Counted from the first letter of the stretch, positions 19,869-30,449 are shown. The stretch is 64,000 nt of DNA from Dehalococcoidia bacterium (GCA_963663895.2 CAXXRD010000001.1:352001-416000), one strand, 5' to 3'. Program-made: numbers and translations. Notes: generated from the sequence alone by a model not told the origin.

Positions 19869-20678
19869 ATGAAACGGAATCGCGGGCCGGAGGGCAAAAT
19901 CGTGAGACTTCTCCCGCCAACCCTCCCGCACGCCCTGCCCGCAGGCCTTTCCCAGCGCCTGGGCCTGGCCGTCGCGAAGACCCGGCTCTCCCCCAACGCG
20001 CTCACCGTGACCGGTCTGCTGGTCAGCGGCGTCGCCGCGGGACTCGCCGCCTACGGGCAGTTCTGGGAGGCAGGCATAGCCCTATTGGCTTCCGGCGCTT
20101 TCGACTTGCTGGACGGTGCCCTCGCTCGCGCGACGAACCGCGCTACCAGCGTCGGCGCCGTTCTGGACGCCGTCACGGATCGAGTCGCTGACTTCGCAAT
20201 CCTGCTCGGTCTCCTGGTCTGGTTCAGCGCACCCATCCACTTCGACCGCGAGAGCATCATCCTGCTGGGCCTGGCTCTGGCGGGAACGGCGCTCGTGCCC
20301 TACACCCGCAGTAAAGCCGCCGAGTTCGGCGTCCACTTGCGCCAAGGATTGGGCACGCGGGCCGAGCGACTCGTGATCTTAAGCATCGGCCTCTTCACTG
20401 GTGAACTGACCGTGGCGCTTTGGCTCCTGGTAGTGCTCACCTTCCTCACCGCCCTACAGCGACTGGCCATGGCGCTCTGGGCCGTCCGGCAAGCGGAGCA
20501 GGCAGCAGCCACGGCGGAGGCACCAGAGTTCGCGGCGCCTCGACAGGCTGCGGAAACCACGCCGACGCCGGACAAAGCGCCTGCACACTACTCCTGGGGC
20601 TTCGATCTGTCCCAGAGTGAGAATCCGTGGCGGCGCCGCTTCACCTGGCTCCGCATCCGGCGCATCCTGCGAGGGTAA
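19869..20678 (+). CDS. pgsA: CDP-alcohol phosphatidyltransferase, PgsA1/PIP-synthase-like
   Basis: SPNALT, DLLDGALAR...GAVLDAVTDR signature, TRAER; multiple TM helices. Confidence 0.85.
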   Translation: MKRNRGPEGKIVRLLPPTLPHALPAGLSQRLGLAVAKTRLSPNALTVTGLLVSGVAAGLAAYGQFWEAGIALLASGAFDLLDGALARATNRATSVGAVLDAVTDRVADFAILLGLLVWFSAPIHFDRESIILLGLALAGTALVPYTRSKAAEFGVHLRQGLGTRAERLVILSIGLFTGELTVALWLLVVLTFLTALQRLAMALWAVRQAEQAAATAEAPEFAAPRQAAETTPTPDKAPAHYSWGFDLSQSENPWRRRFTWLRIRRILRG

Positions 20679-20680
20679 GC

Positions 20681-21493
20681 GTGCCCATCCCAGAGTCAGA
20701 GCTCGATCGCGTGCAGCAGTCCCTCCGGGAAGCGCTCCGAGGCCGCCTCAAGATCGACTATTTCCACCGACGTAAATCGGCACTGCTCGTGCCCGGCCAG
20801 GAGCCCTGTGAAAGCTGCGAAGAGGTACGAGCCGTCCTCGAGCAGCTCGCCGCAGCCTCGGACCAGATCACCCTTCACGTCTACGAATACGATGACGAGC
20901 CAGCGCTGGCCAAGAGATGGCAGGTCGACCGCGTACCAGGAATCGTAGTGCGGGGCGAAGTGAACCGCCCGCTCCGCTTCTTCGGGCTGCCCGGCGGCCC
21001 CTTCTTCCCGGTCTTCCTCCAAGCCATGGTCGACGCCTCGGCGCGAGCACTCACTCCGGCGCCGGAGGTGGCGCGCGCGCTGAAGAAGCTGCGCCGATCC
21101 ATGCCGTTGCGGGTGTTCGGATCGCTGCAAGATCCGCACTCCGGCGAGGCGGCAGCGCTGGCGCTGCGACTCGCGGCGGTGTCGCCGCGAGTCGACGCTT
21201 ACGTTTACGTGATCGAGGAGTTTCCAGCTCTAGCGGAGCGTTACACGGTGCAGGCGATCCCCGCGACGGTGATCGATGAGCGGCTGGGGCTCGCAGGCGT
21301 CGTGGAAGACCCAGCGGACCTTGCGCAGTACCTCTTCGAGATGCAGGCACGTCCGGATCGGGCGCGCCTGCGCCGACCGACGGTGCGCTCGGGTACAGCG
21401 ACACCCTGGCAGCCAGCGCAGCAGGACGCTCCGGCCGCTGGCTCACCGGCGGAGCGGCGCACCGCCGGCGGGCTGATCATCCCAGGCGGCTAG
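20681..21493 (+). CDS. Protein-disulfide oxidoreductase-like protein (two Trx folds, AhpF-NTD/PDO type); second CxxC absent
   Basis: PCESCEE in first fold, RFFGLPGG, second site reads LQDPHSG; GTG 20681. Confidence 0.7.
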   Translation: MPIPESELDRVQQSLREALRGRLKIDYFHRRKSALLVPGQEPCESCEEVRAVLEQLAAASDQITLHVYEYDDEPALAKRWQVDRVPGIVVRGEVNRPLRFFGLPGGPFFPVFLQAMVDASARALTPAPEVARALKKLRRSMPLRVFGSLQDPHSGEAAALALRLAAVSPRVDAYVYVIEEFPALAERYTVQAIPATVIDERLGLAGVVEDPADLAQYLFEMQARPDRARLRRPTVRSGTATPWQPAQQDAPAAGSPAERRTAGGLIIPGG

Positions 21494-23115
21494 GGATCGT
21501 CCTTCGGGGCATGGAACGTCAGGGTCTCGACCCCGTCCGCGTCCTCATTCGCCGAGGTGGTACGAGTTGCATCCCCATCCGGCAGCGGCGCGGCAGCGGC
21601 GGGGTCGGACGCAGTAGATGCTGGGGATCGCGGAGAGGTGCGCATAGCCGAAGGCTCCGTAACTGCGGGAGGTGGGCCCGCCCGTCCCACGACCAGGAAG
21701 AACATTAGCAACCCTAGGATAAGCCCTCCGGCCGCAACGCCCGTCACCACGGCGTCGGTCGGGAAGCTGCCCTCGCCAGCGACGCTCGCTGGGAGGCGCC
21801 GCGTGCCTTGACGCTCCTCGATCGCGGCGACACGTGCTTCGATCTCTTCCTGAGAGCGCTGTGCGCGGGCCGGTTCGACATCGGCGGGCGAGGATGCGCC
21901 GACATCCGGCGCCACATCAACGGGCTCCTCCGAAGCGGGGGCCTCGGCCGGCCGCACATCGGCGGGCGCATCCTCGATCACGATCGACTGATCCTCTCCG
22001 CGGACCCGCGGCTCCAGCCCGCGCGCAGCGCGGTAAAGGTTCTCGAGGCCGTCCCGATCGACCTCGTACACATCCATCAGCGCCCCGTCCACGGTGCTGC
22101 CCGCCTTGAAGACCGCGTACAGCTCCGCGAATCGCTCCTCGCCGAACTCTTCGATCAGGAACGTCACAAGGTCGGCCGACTGGCCATAGAAAAGCTCGAC
22201 GCGCGAGGGATCGCCCGGAGCACTGGTCATGCTGCGCAGGCTCAGGAGGTCGTCGCTGTCGATCGCGTTGTGGAGAGCGAATCCACGGCGCCGCTCCCAG
22301 TCCCCCTCGGAATAGGTGGCGGTCCCCTCGTCCAACCAAGCCGGCAATCCCCCGATCCCGCCTTCGCCCGCGAAATGCGTCAGCACGTGGGTCAGCTCGT
22401 GCACGGCGATCCAGGGCGCGGGCGCGAAGACGTGCACGAGGTCCGCCAGCACCCGTGTGCCTAACGAGTCGATGACCATCTCGAACCGCTCACTGCGGAC
22501 GCGCTCCACACCGCTCGCATCGGCGAGACTCTCCCACAGGTACAACTTGACTTGGAAGGGCAGCGCGGCGCCCAGCACCCGGGACATCGTGACCAGGCCC
22601 GTTTCTCCCGCCTCCAACACCTGCTGGGCGGCGTTCTCGCCGCCGTAGTAGTAGACGCTGAGGCCATCACCCGCGATCACCCGCCAGTCGTAGCGGGGGT
22701 CCTCGTAGCGATAGTGCTCGCTTTCGTTCTCGAGGGTCGTGCCGTCCGCGAGCGTGATCTGCCAGCGCCAGATGATATCGGCGCCAACCGGGATGTAGCG
22801 GTCTCCGGCGTTGGTCGTGACCGCAGCCTCCACCCGCACGATCTCTCCCGCCGTGACCTCCGCCGGAATTCGCGTTAGCGGGCCCTCGGGCGGAATCTGA
22901 TAGAGCAGCGAGGCTTGCTCGATCTCTTGCGAGCCGTCCACGATGGCGCTGAACTGCAGCTCGATCGGGAAGTTAACCCCAACGGCCCCGTTCGTGATCC
23001 CCGTGGCCTCCTGCGCGCTCACGGGCCGATCACCCTCCGCCGCCAATACCCCGGCTAGTACCAGCAGCACGGCTAGGAGCGCCGATCGCAACGGCTTGCA
23101 CACCTGCTGGCTCAT
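21490..23115 (-). CDS. Exported membrane-anchored peptidase MA-family metallopeptidase
   Basis: Signal peptide, HELTH zinc motif, PAWLDEGTA, C-terminal TM; ATGA overlap with prfB stop. Confidence 0.82.
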   Translation of the reverse strand: MSQQVCKPLRSALLAVLLVLAGVLAAEGDRPVSAQEATGITNGAVGVNFPIELQFSAIVDGSQEIEQASLLYQIPPEGPLTRIPAEVTAGEIVRVEAAVTTNAGDRYIPVGADIIWRWQITLADGTTLENESEHYRYEDPRYDWRVIAGDGLSVYYYGGENAAQQVLEAGETGLVTMSRVLGAALPFQVKLYLWESLADASGVERVRSERFEMVIDSLGTRVLADLVHVFAPAPWIAVHELTHVLTHFAGEGGIGGLPAWLDEGTATYSEGDWERRRGFALHNAIDSDDLLSLRSMTSAPGDPSRVELFYGQSADLVTFLIEEFGEERFAELYAVFKAGSTVDGALMDVYEVDRDGLENLYRAARGLEPRVRGEDQSIVIEDAPADVRPAEAPASEEPVDVAPDVGASSPADVEPARAQRSQEEIEARVAAIEERQGTRRLPASVAGEGSFPTDAVVTGVAAGGLILGLLMFFLVVGRAGPPPAVTEPSAMRTSPRSPASTASDPAAAAPLPDGDATRTTSANEDADGVETLTFHAPKDDP

Positions 23116-24228
23116 GCCTCGCCGTCCGTCCCCAGCTGCCATTGGAGATACGCTTTGAGAAGAGGATCCAGATCGCCGTCGAGGACCTTGACAGGATCGG
23201 AGCTTGCGTAATCCGAGCGCAGATCCTTGACCATCTTATACGGGTGCAAGACGTAGGATCGGATCTGGTTCCCCCATCCCGCCTCCACATGCTCGCCCTT
23301 GAGCGCCGCGCGCTCCTGCTCCAGCCGCTCTACCTCGCGCTCCAGCAGCCGCGCCTCCAGCACTCGCAATGCGCTCTCCTTATTGCGGCGCAAGGAGCGC
23401 TCGTTCTGACAAACCGTGACGATTCCCGTAGGGAGATGGGTGACCCGCACAGCCGTCGCGTTCTTCTGCACATTCTGACCCCCGTGACCGCCAGCGCGAA
23501 AAGTATCGATGCGCAGATCAGCTTCGTCGACCGTGATCTCAGCTTCACTCTCTACTTCCGGCATCACTTCCACCAAGGCGAAGGAGGTATGGCGTGCGTG
23601 GGCGGCATCGAAAGGCGAAAGCCGGACCAGTCGATGCACGCCCCGCTCGCCGCGCAGCCAGCCGTAGGCCAGCGGCCCGGCGATCTCGATCGTCGTGCTT
23701 TTGATCCCAGCCTCATCGCCGGGCATGACATCGATCACGTTCACAATGAACGCGCGTTGCGTCGCCCAGCGCAGATACATCCGCTGGAGCATCTCGGCCC
23801 AGTCCTGCGACTCCGTCCCGCCCGCACCAGCGTGAATGGCGAGCACGGCGCTGCGGTCGTCGTAGGGACCGCTGAAGGAAAGCTGGAACTGCAGCGTCTC
23901 CAGCTCCGCCTCCACGCCCTCTACATCCGCTGCGATCTCCGCTATGACGGCGGCGTCTGCCTCCGCTGCGGCGAGCGTGAGCAACTCGGCCGCCTCGGCG
24001 AGGCGTCCTTCGAGGCCGCGCCAGGGATCTACCTTCCCCTTACGAGCGGCGAGGCGTTGGAGCTGAGAGCGTGCGTGCGCGGGGTTGTCCCAGAAAGTAA
24101 GGGCAGCAGCCTCGCGCTCGAGTTGGGAAACCTCCGCTTCGACCTTGGGCAGGTCAAAGACGCTCCAAGAGGTCAGTCAAGCGTGCTTGCAGAGCCTCGA
24201 TCCGACCGCGCAACTCGTCCACGAACAT
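23112..24228 (-). CDS. prfB: Peptide chain release factor 2 with programmed +1 frameshift
   Basis: MFVDELRGRIEALQARLTDLLERL then CTT-TGA-C (24159-24153) shifting into DLPKVEAEV...; GAGGTESQDW, SPF, GGQ, WGNQIRSY. Confidence 0.96.
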
Positions 24229-24258
24229 CCCCGTTTCTGCCGCCGAGTCTAGGAGCGG

Positions 24259-25158
24259 CTAGCGTACCGAGCGACGCTCCCGCGCCGCGCGCACGACATT
24301 CGTCAACAGCATGGTCACCGTCATGGGACCGACCCCACCGGGAACAGGCGTGATGAAGGAGGCCTTGGCACGCACCGGCTCGAAATCGACGTCGCCCACC
24401 AAACGGTAGCCGCGCGCGCGACTCTCATCGTCGACCCGGTTCACTCCTACGTCGATGACGACGGCGCCGGGACGCACCATTTCGGCCGTGATGCCGCCCG
24501 GCCGACCCATCGCCGCGACGAGAATCTCGGCCTGCCGCGTATGTAGGGCAATATCCGGGGTACCCGTATGGCAGACGGTCACCGTCGCGTTCGCCCCCGC
24601 CCGCTTCTGTAGCAGCATCGCGGCCAGCGGCATGCCCACCAGCTTGGAGCGGCCCGCGATCACCACATGCTTGCCACCGGGGTCGTTACCCGTCCGCACC
24701 AGCAACTGCTGCACGCCATGCGGGGTAGCCGGCAGGAACCACGGCGCCCCTTGCAGCAAGTGACCCTGGTTCTCCGGGTGGAGGCCATCGACATCCTTGC
24801 GAGGGTCGATCGCACGCAGCAGCGCCTCGGCGGCGACGCCATCGGGGAGGGGGAGCTGTACGATGATCCCGTCGACCTCCGGATCGGCATTGAGTGCCTC
24901 GATCAGCGCACGCGTCTCTGCCTCGGTCTCTGCGGGGGCACCGGTCCCCTCCAGTCGATGCACGTCGCCGCGAATCCCGATCGCCGCGCTAGCCTTGGCC
25001 TTCGCCTTCACGTAGGACTGCGAGGCAGGGTCCTCGCCGACCAGGATCACCGCCAAGCCGGGAACTACTCCAACCCCGCGGAGCTTAGCCGCCTGCACAG
25101 CGAGCTCGGCTCGGATCTGCGCACTCACGGCTTTGCCGTCGATCAGTTGAGCCACCAC
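24259..25158 (-). CDS. folD: Bifunctional methylenetetrahydrofolate dehydrogenase/cyclohydrolase
   Basis: LIDGK, SQSYVKAK, KDVDGLHP, GRSKLVGMP, ITPVPGGVGPMT; start re-called at GTG. Confidence 0.96.
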   Translation of the reverse strand: MVAQLIDGKAVSAQIRAELAVQAAKLRGVGVVPGLAVILVGEDPASQSYVKAKAKASAAIGIRGDVHRLEGTGAPAETEAETRALIEALNADPEVDGIIVQLPLPDGVAAEALLRAIDPRKDVDGLHPENQGHLLQGAPWFLPATPHGVQQLLVRTGNDPGGKHVVIAGRSKLVGMPLAAMLLQKRAGANATVTVCHTGTPDIALHTRQAEILVAAMGRPGGITAEMVRPGAVVIDVGVNRVDDESRARGYRLVGDVDFEPVRAKASFITPVPGGVGPMTVTMLLTNVVRAARERRSVR

Positions 25159-25234
25159 TGGTCTATCGTACGCGGGCCGAGCCCCAGTCACCACGCCCGT
25201 CGCCGCCCCGCCCTGCATGCTAGGCTCGCCACCG

Positions 25235-25645
25235 ATGACAGTCGGCGGCACAGGTATCGACTTCATAACGATCGCCCGCGTGGGCGACGTGCTGGCCCGG
25301 CACGGCGAGCGCTTCTTGCGCCGGGTTTACACCCCACGCGAGGTGGACTACTGCGGCGGCCGCGTGCCGGAATTAGCGGCCCGCTTCGCCGGGAAAGAAG
25401 CGGTCATGAAGGCGCTGGGAACGGGCGCGCGCGGCGTCGGCTGGCGCGAGATCGAGATCTTGGCGAACGGCCGCGGCAAGCCGCTGGTGCTACTGCACGG
25501 GCGGGCGCTGGCCCGCGCGAACCAGCTCCGCATCGCGGAGGTGGAGATCAGCTTGACCCACGAGGGAGGCACGGCGGCCGCACTCGCCATCGCCAACGCC
25601 GAGGCACCCTCCCAACCGCTCCCGGCCGAGGAGCGCTCAGCGTGA
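25235..25645 (+). CDS. acpS: Holo-ACP synthase
   Basis: GTGID, RFAGKEAVMKALGTG, ISLTH. Confidence 0.93.
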   Translation: MTVGGTGIDFITIARVGDVLARHGERFLRRVYTPREVDYCGGRVPELAARFAGKEAVMKALGTGARGVGWREIEILANGRGKPLVLLHGRALARANQLRIAEVEISLTHEGGTAAALAIANAEAPSQPLPAEERSA

Positions 25646-27264
25646 AGCTGGTCACCAGCGCGCAGATGCGGGACCTGGAAGCGGCAGCCGTTGCGGCAGG
25701 GACCAGCCTCGACACGCTGATGGCGAACGCCGGCCTCGCCGTCGCCCAAGAAGCCTGGATGCAACTTGGGCAAGTGGCCGAGCGGCGGATCGTCGTGCTA
25801 GTAGGGCCGGGCAACAATGGCGGCGACGGCCTGGTCGCAGCGCGTCACTTAGCAGAATGGCAAGCGGCCGTGCATTGCTACGCGCTGGCAGCGCGCGACG
25901 ATGCGCAGTGGCAATCGACGCTGGACGCAGGCCTGCCTTGCACGAGCACAGCCGAAGACGATCAGGATCTGGCAACGCTGACGCACTGGCTGGCCGAGGC
26001 CGAACTGGTCATCGACGCGCTGCTCGGCACGGGCCGCGCGCGGCCGATCGAAGGCCGTCTTGCCGCGGTTCTCGAGCGGCTTCAAGAAGCGCGCCGACGG
26101 GCCACCCCTCCCAAGCTCATCGCGGTCGATCTGCCTACCGGCATCGACGCGGACAGCGGCGCCGCGGATCCGCTCACGGTGGCCGTCGATGAAACGGTGG
26201 TTTTCGAATGCGCCAAGGTCGGACTGTACGCGCAGCCCAGCGCGGCGCTGGCCGGGAGCGTGGAAATCGTCCCCATCGGCATCCCCGCCGACGCGTGCAA
26301 GGCGCTCCCCTACGAGCTCCTCGTCCAGCGCCAAGCCAAGCAGCTCCTGCCCGCACGCCCGCTCGACGCACACAAGGGCAGCTTCGGCCGGGTGCTGGTC
26401 GTGGCCGGATCGCGGAACTATCCGGGCGCGGCGTTGCTGGCCGCGGCCGCCGCCTACCAGGTAGGGGCGGGGCTGGTGACGCTGGCGACGCCGGCCTCCC
26501 TCGTCCCAGGGCTGGTGACGAGCACACCGGAGGTGACCTACCTGCCGTTGCCCGAAGAATCGGAAGCGGGCGTGATCGCGATGGAATCCTTGCAACACGT
26601 GACAAAGGCGCTGCCCGCCTACGACGCGCTCGTGATCGGCTGCGGCCTGGGGACGGCCCCGGCGACGCAGGCCTTCGTGCGGAACCTGCTCAGCCACCGC
26701 TCCTTGGCCAAGCTGCGCGGCGTGATCGTCGACGCCGACGCGCTTAATGCCCTCGCGGGAACGCAGTGGTCGAGAGCGATGGCGGCGCCATTCGTCGTGA
26801 CGCCGCATCCCGGAGAGATGGCGCGGCTCAGCCAGAGCACAAGCCACGCGCTGCAAGGGGAGCGGCTGGCGTGTGCCTTGCGGGAGAGCGCGCGCTGGCA
26901 AGGCACGGTCGTCCTGAAAGGCGCCAATACGATCGTCGCCGACGGTCAAGGGCGCGCCCGGATCAGTGCGGCAGCGCTGCCGGGGCTGGCGACGGCCGGC
27001 ACCGGCGATGTGCTCAGTGGCGCGATCGGAGGCCTGCTGGGCCAAGGACTATCGCCCTTCGACGCAGCCGCTCTCGCCGTCTACCTCCACGCCGACGCGG
27101 GAGAGCGCGCCGCCAAGGACCGTGGATCCGCCGGCATGACGGCCAGCGACGTCTTGGCGCGCCTTGCCCTCGCGGGCCGCGCGCTCGCGGGCGAGGAGCC
27201 GGCGGCGATGGGCAGCCTCACCCTGGGCGGACTGCCGGGCCTCGCGGCCGACCCTCCCCCTTAA
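25642..27264 (+). CDS. nnr: Bifunctional NAD(P)H-hydrate epimerase/dehydratase
   Basis: GPGNNGGDG, DALLGTG, HKGSFG, DADALN, TPHPGEM, ATAGTGDVL; GTGA overlap with acpS. Confidence 0.95.
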   Translation: MKLVTSAQMRDLEAAAVAAGTSLDTLMANAGLAVAQEAWMQLGQVAERRIVVLVGPGNNGGDGLVAARHLAEWQAAVHCYALAARDDAQWQSTLDAGLPCTSTAEDDQDLATLTHWLAEAELVIDALLGTGRARPIEGRLAAVLERLQEARRRATPPKLIAVDLPTGIDADSGAADPLTVAVDETVVFECAKVGLYAQPSAALAGSVEIVPIGIPADACKALPYELLVQRQAKQLLPARPLDAHKGSFGRVLVVAGSRNYPGAALLAAAAAYQVGAGLVTLATPASLVPGLVTSTPEVTYLPLPEESEAGVIAMESLQHVTKALPAYDALVIGCGLGTAPATQAFVRNLLSHRSLAKLRGVIVDADALNALAGTQWSRAMAAPFVVTPHPGEMARLSQSTSHALQGERLACALRESARWQGTVVLKGANTIVADGQGRARISAAALPGLATAGTGDVLSGAIGGLLGQGLSPFDAAALAVYLHADAGERAAKDRGSAGMTASDVLARLALAGRALAGEEPAAMGSLTLGGLPGLAADPPP

Positions 27265-27372
27265 CACTTTAACAAGGGAAGCTCATCGGACCGGCGCGGG
27301 CCCCGTCCGCCTGATCCGCCTGATCCGGAGACCCGTCCGGTATCATGCCGGGTACGGAAGAGGAGTCGCCGC

Positions 27373-28638
27373 TTGTCGAGTAAGCCCGCCGCTCAGGACG
27401 GCCGCCGCATCGTGGTCACGGGCATGGGTGTGACAACGCCGGTCGGCATCGGCGTCGCCGCTACCTGGGAAGGGCTGATCAACGGGCGCAGCGGGATCGA
27501 CACCATCTCCCTATTCAACCCAGAGCGGGTGAAGGTGAAGATCGCTGCCGAGGTGGCCGGCTTCGATCCCGAGCAGTTCATGACGCGCAAACGGGCGCGC
27601 CACCTCGATCGCTACGTCCAGATGGCGATCGCCGCCACTCTGGAAGCGCAAGAGGACGCGGGACTCGTCATCGACGACAGCAACTCACACCGCGTCGGCG
27701 TAATGATCGGGACCGGCATCGGCGGCATCACGACCATCGAGAACGGGATCCACGATCTGGTTCAGAAGGGGCCGAACAAGCTCAACCCCTTCATCGTGCC
27801 CATGATGCTCCCCAACATGGGCAGCGGCCAAGTCAGCATCGCACTGGGCGCTCGCGGTCCCAACATCGCCAGCACCACCGCCTGCTCCAGCGGATCCGAC
27901 GCCATCGGTATAGCCATGGCAGCGCTCCAACGCGGTGAAGCCGATGTGATCTTCGCCGGGGGCGCCGAAGCTCCCATCTGCGAGTTGGGCGTCGGCGGAT
28001 TCCTCGCCGCACGGGCCCTCTCGACGCGCAACGACGAGCCACAGAAAGCCTCCCGTCCCTTCGACCGCGACCGCGACGGCTTCGTGATGGGCGAAGGGGC
28101 AGGCACCTTGGTGCTGGAGACCGCCGAGCACGCCCAGAGGCGAGGAGGGAGGGTGCTGGCGGAGCTCAGCGGCTACGCCAGCGTGAGCGACGCCTACCAC
28201 GTGACCCAGCCCGCTCCTGGAGGCAAGGGCGCAGTGCAAGCGATGCAGACCGCAATCGCGCGAGCAGGAGTGACGCCGGCAGACGTGGACTACCTCAATG
28301 CGCACGGCACCTCCACCCCATTGAACGACAAGACCGAAACGCTGGCCATCAAGCAGGTCTTTGGCGAGAGCGCCTACGATCTCCCCATCTCTTCCACGAA
28401 GTCGATGATCGGACACCTGATGGGCGCCAGTGGGGCGGTGGAAGCGGTCGCCTGCATCAAGAGCATCACCGAGGGCCTCGTCCATCCCACCAGCAACCTG
28501 GAGACGCCGGATCCAGAGTGCGACCTCGACTACGTACCACGTCAATCCCGTGCCGTCGCCGTGCGCGTCGCCCTCAGTAACTCCATGGGCTTCGGCGGGC
28601 ACAACGCCTGCTTGCTCTTCAAGCGCTGGGAGCCCTAG
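27373..28638 (+). CDS. fabF: Beta-ketoacyl-ACP synthase II
   Basis: TACSSG (Cys), NAHGTSTP, KSMIGH, SNSMGFGGHN. Confidence 0.96.
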   Translation: MSSKPAAQDGRRIVVTGMGVTTPVGIGVAATWEGLINGRSGIDTISLFNPERVKVKIAAEVAGFDPEQFMTRKRARHLDRYVQMAIAATLEAQEDAGLVIDDSNSHRVGVMIGTGIGGITTIENGIHDLVQKGPNKLNPFIVPMMLPNMGSGQVSIALGARGPNIASTTACSSGSDAIGIAMAALQRGEADVIFAGGAEAPICELGVGGFLAARALSTRNDEPQKASRPFDRDRDGFVMGEGAGTLVLETAEHAQRRGGRVLAELSGYASVSDAYHVTQPAPGGKGAVQAMQTAIARAGVTPADVDYLNAHGTSTPLNDKTETLAIKQVFGESAYDLPISSTKSMIGHLMGASGAVEAVACIKSITEGLVHPTSNLETPDPECDLDYVPRQSRAVAVRVALSNSMGFGGHNACLLFKRWEP

Positions 28639-28644
28639 CCCCAG

Positions 28645-30354
28645 ATGGTTCGCACCCGCAGGGATAGCTTTCGGGGACGTGTCTGGAAGATCCCCGAGCC
28701 GCGCGATCTCGAACCGATCCCCGGAACGCCATACCCAGATTTCGTCACCAAGCTGCTGCGCCAGCGGGGCGTGAAGGACCAGCACGCCGCCGCCGTCTTC
28801 CTCTTCGACGAGCCGATCCCAGAACCAGATCCCACCCTCCTCGGCGGCTTCACGGCGGCCCTCGATCGGATCGAAGCCGCGATCCGCCACGGCGAGACGA
28901 TGGCGGTCTACGGCGACTTCGACGTGGACGGGGTGACAGCCACCGTGATCCTGACGGAGGTGATCCGGGACTTGGGCGGCCGAGTCATCCCCTACATCCC
29001 CGACCGCTTTCAGGAAGGCTACGGCGTCCATGACGCGGCCCTCGATCAACTCGATCGCGACGGCGTCAGCCTCGTGATCACCGCCGATTGCGGTCTCTCC
29101 TCGCGGGAAGAGGTCGCGGCCGCGGGGGCACGCGGCCAAGAGGTGGTGATCTTCGACCATCACGCGATCCCAACGGCCTTGCCGGCGGCGGCGGCGATCG
29201 TGCACCCGGAGCACAACAACGCCGGTTACCCCAACACCACCCTCTCGACGGGAGGACTGGCCTACCGATTCGCGCCGGCCTTGATGGAGCGCTGCGGACG
29301 CTCGCCGGAGCCGACGCGCTGGCTCGACCTCGCGACGCTCAGCACCATCGCGGACGTGATGCCGCTGACGGGCGAGAACCGCGGCATCGTGCGAGAGGGC
29401 CTGCGCGCGATCGCGCGCAGCAGCCGGCCCGGGTTGCGAGCGCTGCGGGAGATCGCCGGCTACGCGGACAAGGAGATCGACGTGGAGGCCGTCTCATTTG
29501 GCTTGGCCCCGCGGATCAACGCCGCCGGCCGGCTGACTCATGCGATGCGCGCTTTCGATCTGCTGATCGAAACCGACGACGAGCGCGCCCGCCTGCTCGC
29601 CAAAGAGCTTGACGACCGCAACCAGGAGCGGCGGCGGTTGACGGCCGAGGCGCTGGAGCGTGCCCGCGCCCATCTCGCCGAGGCCGCCCCGGCAGCGCCG
29701 ATCACGATCATCGGCGACCCGGAGATCCCGCAAGGCATCGTTGGGCTGGTCGCTGGCCGCCTAGCAGAAGAGTATTACCGCCCAGCGGTGGTCTACGAGG
29801 AGAAGCCGGATGCCTGCCGGGCCTCGTGCCGATCGATCCCGGAATTCAACATCACGGAGGCGCTCAAAAACTGCGGCGATCTCTTCGAGCGATACGGCGG
29901 GCACCGAGCCGCAGCGGGCTTCACGGCTCGCCCCGAAGCCATGCCGCAGATCCGGGAACGGCTCACGGCCGAAGCGACGAAGAAGCTGCGGGATGTGCGG
30001 CTGGAGCCCCGTATTGAGGTCGATGGGCAGGTGCCGCTATCGGCGCTGCGGGGCTCGCAAGTGGCCTGGCTAGCGCGGTTAGGGCCGTTCGGTGCGAACA
30101 ACCCCGCTCCCGCCTTCGTCAGCAACAACGTCTTGATCGTGAACGCGCGCCGCGTAGGTAACGGGGACGAGCACCTGCGGCTCACGCTGCGCGATGGCCC
30201 CACCAGCTGGGGCGCAATCGGCTTCCGCTTGGGCGCATGTCCCGTCCAAGCGGGCGACCGGGTGGACCTGGTCTGGTCCTTACGGTCGGCCAACGGCGCG
30301 GGGGAGAGACGGATCGAACTCGAAGTGCAAGACCTCGCGCCGGCGAGCGCCTGA
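28645..30354 (+). CDS. recJ: ssDNA-specific exonuclease RecJ
   Basis: YGDFDVDG, DCG, DHH, APRINAAGR, YGGHRAAAG. Confidence 0.96.
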   Translation: MVRTRRDSFRGRVWKIPEPRDLEPIPGTPYPDFVTKLLRQRGVKDQHAAAVFLFDEPIPEPDPTLLGGFTAALDRIEAAIRHGETMAVYGDFDVDGVTATVILTEVIRDLGGRVIPYIPDRFQEGYGVHDAALDQLDRDGVSLVITADCGLSSREEVAAAGARGQEVVIFDHHAIPTALPAAAAIVHPEHNNAGYPNTTLSTGGLAYRFAPALMERCGRSPEPTRWLDLATLSTIADVMPLTGENRGIVREGLRAIARSSRPGLRALREIAGYADKEIDVEAVSFGLAPRINAAGRLTHAMRAFDLLIETDDERARLLAKELDDRNQERRRLTAEALERARAHLAEAAPAAPITIIGDPEIPQGIVGLVAGRLAEEYYRPAVVYEEKPDACRASCRSIPEFNITEALKNCGDLFERYGGHRAAAGFTARPEAMPQIRERLTAEATKKLRDVRLEPRIEVDGQVPLSALRGSQVAWLARLGPFGANNPAPAFVSNNVLIVNARRVGNGDEHLRLTLRDGPTSWGAIGFRLGACPVQAGDRVDLVWSLRSANGAGERRIELEVQDLAPASA

Positions 30355-30449
30355 GACGCACGCGTGCGCGGCCCACGGCCGCGCGAATTTCGCTAGACTG
30401 CGCCGCCGCACCGCGAGAACGGCGCAAGACGTGAAGGAGATCGAGAGCG

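Noticed and set aside
23985-24228. prfB appearing truncated or pseudogenised
   Set aside because: Explained by the well-known programmed CTT-TGA-C +1 frameshift; not novel.
27306-27327. Short tandem duplication TCCGCCTGA x2 upstream of fabF
   Set aside because: Two copies of 9 bp in GC-rich DNA; not distinguishable from chance.
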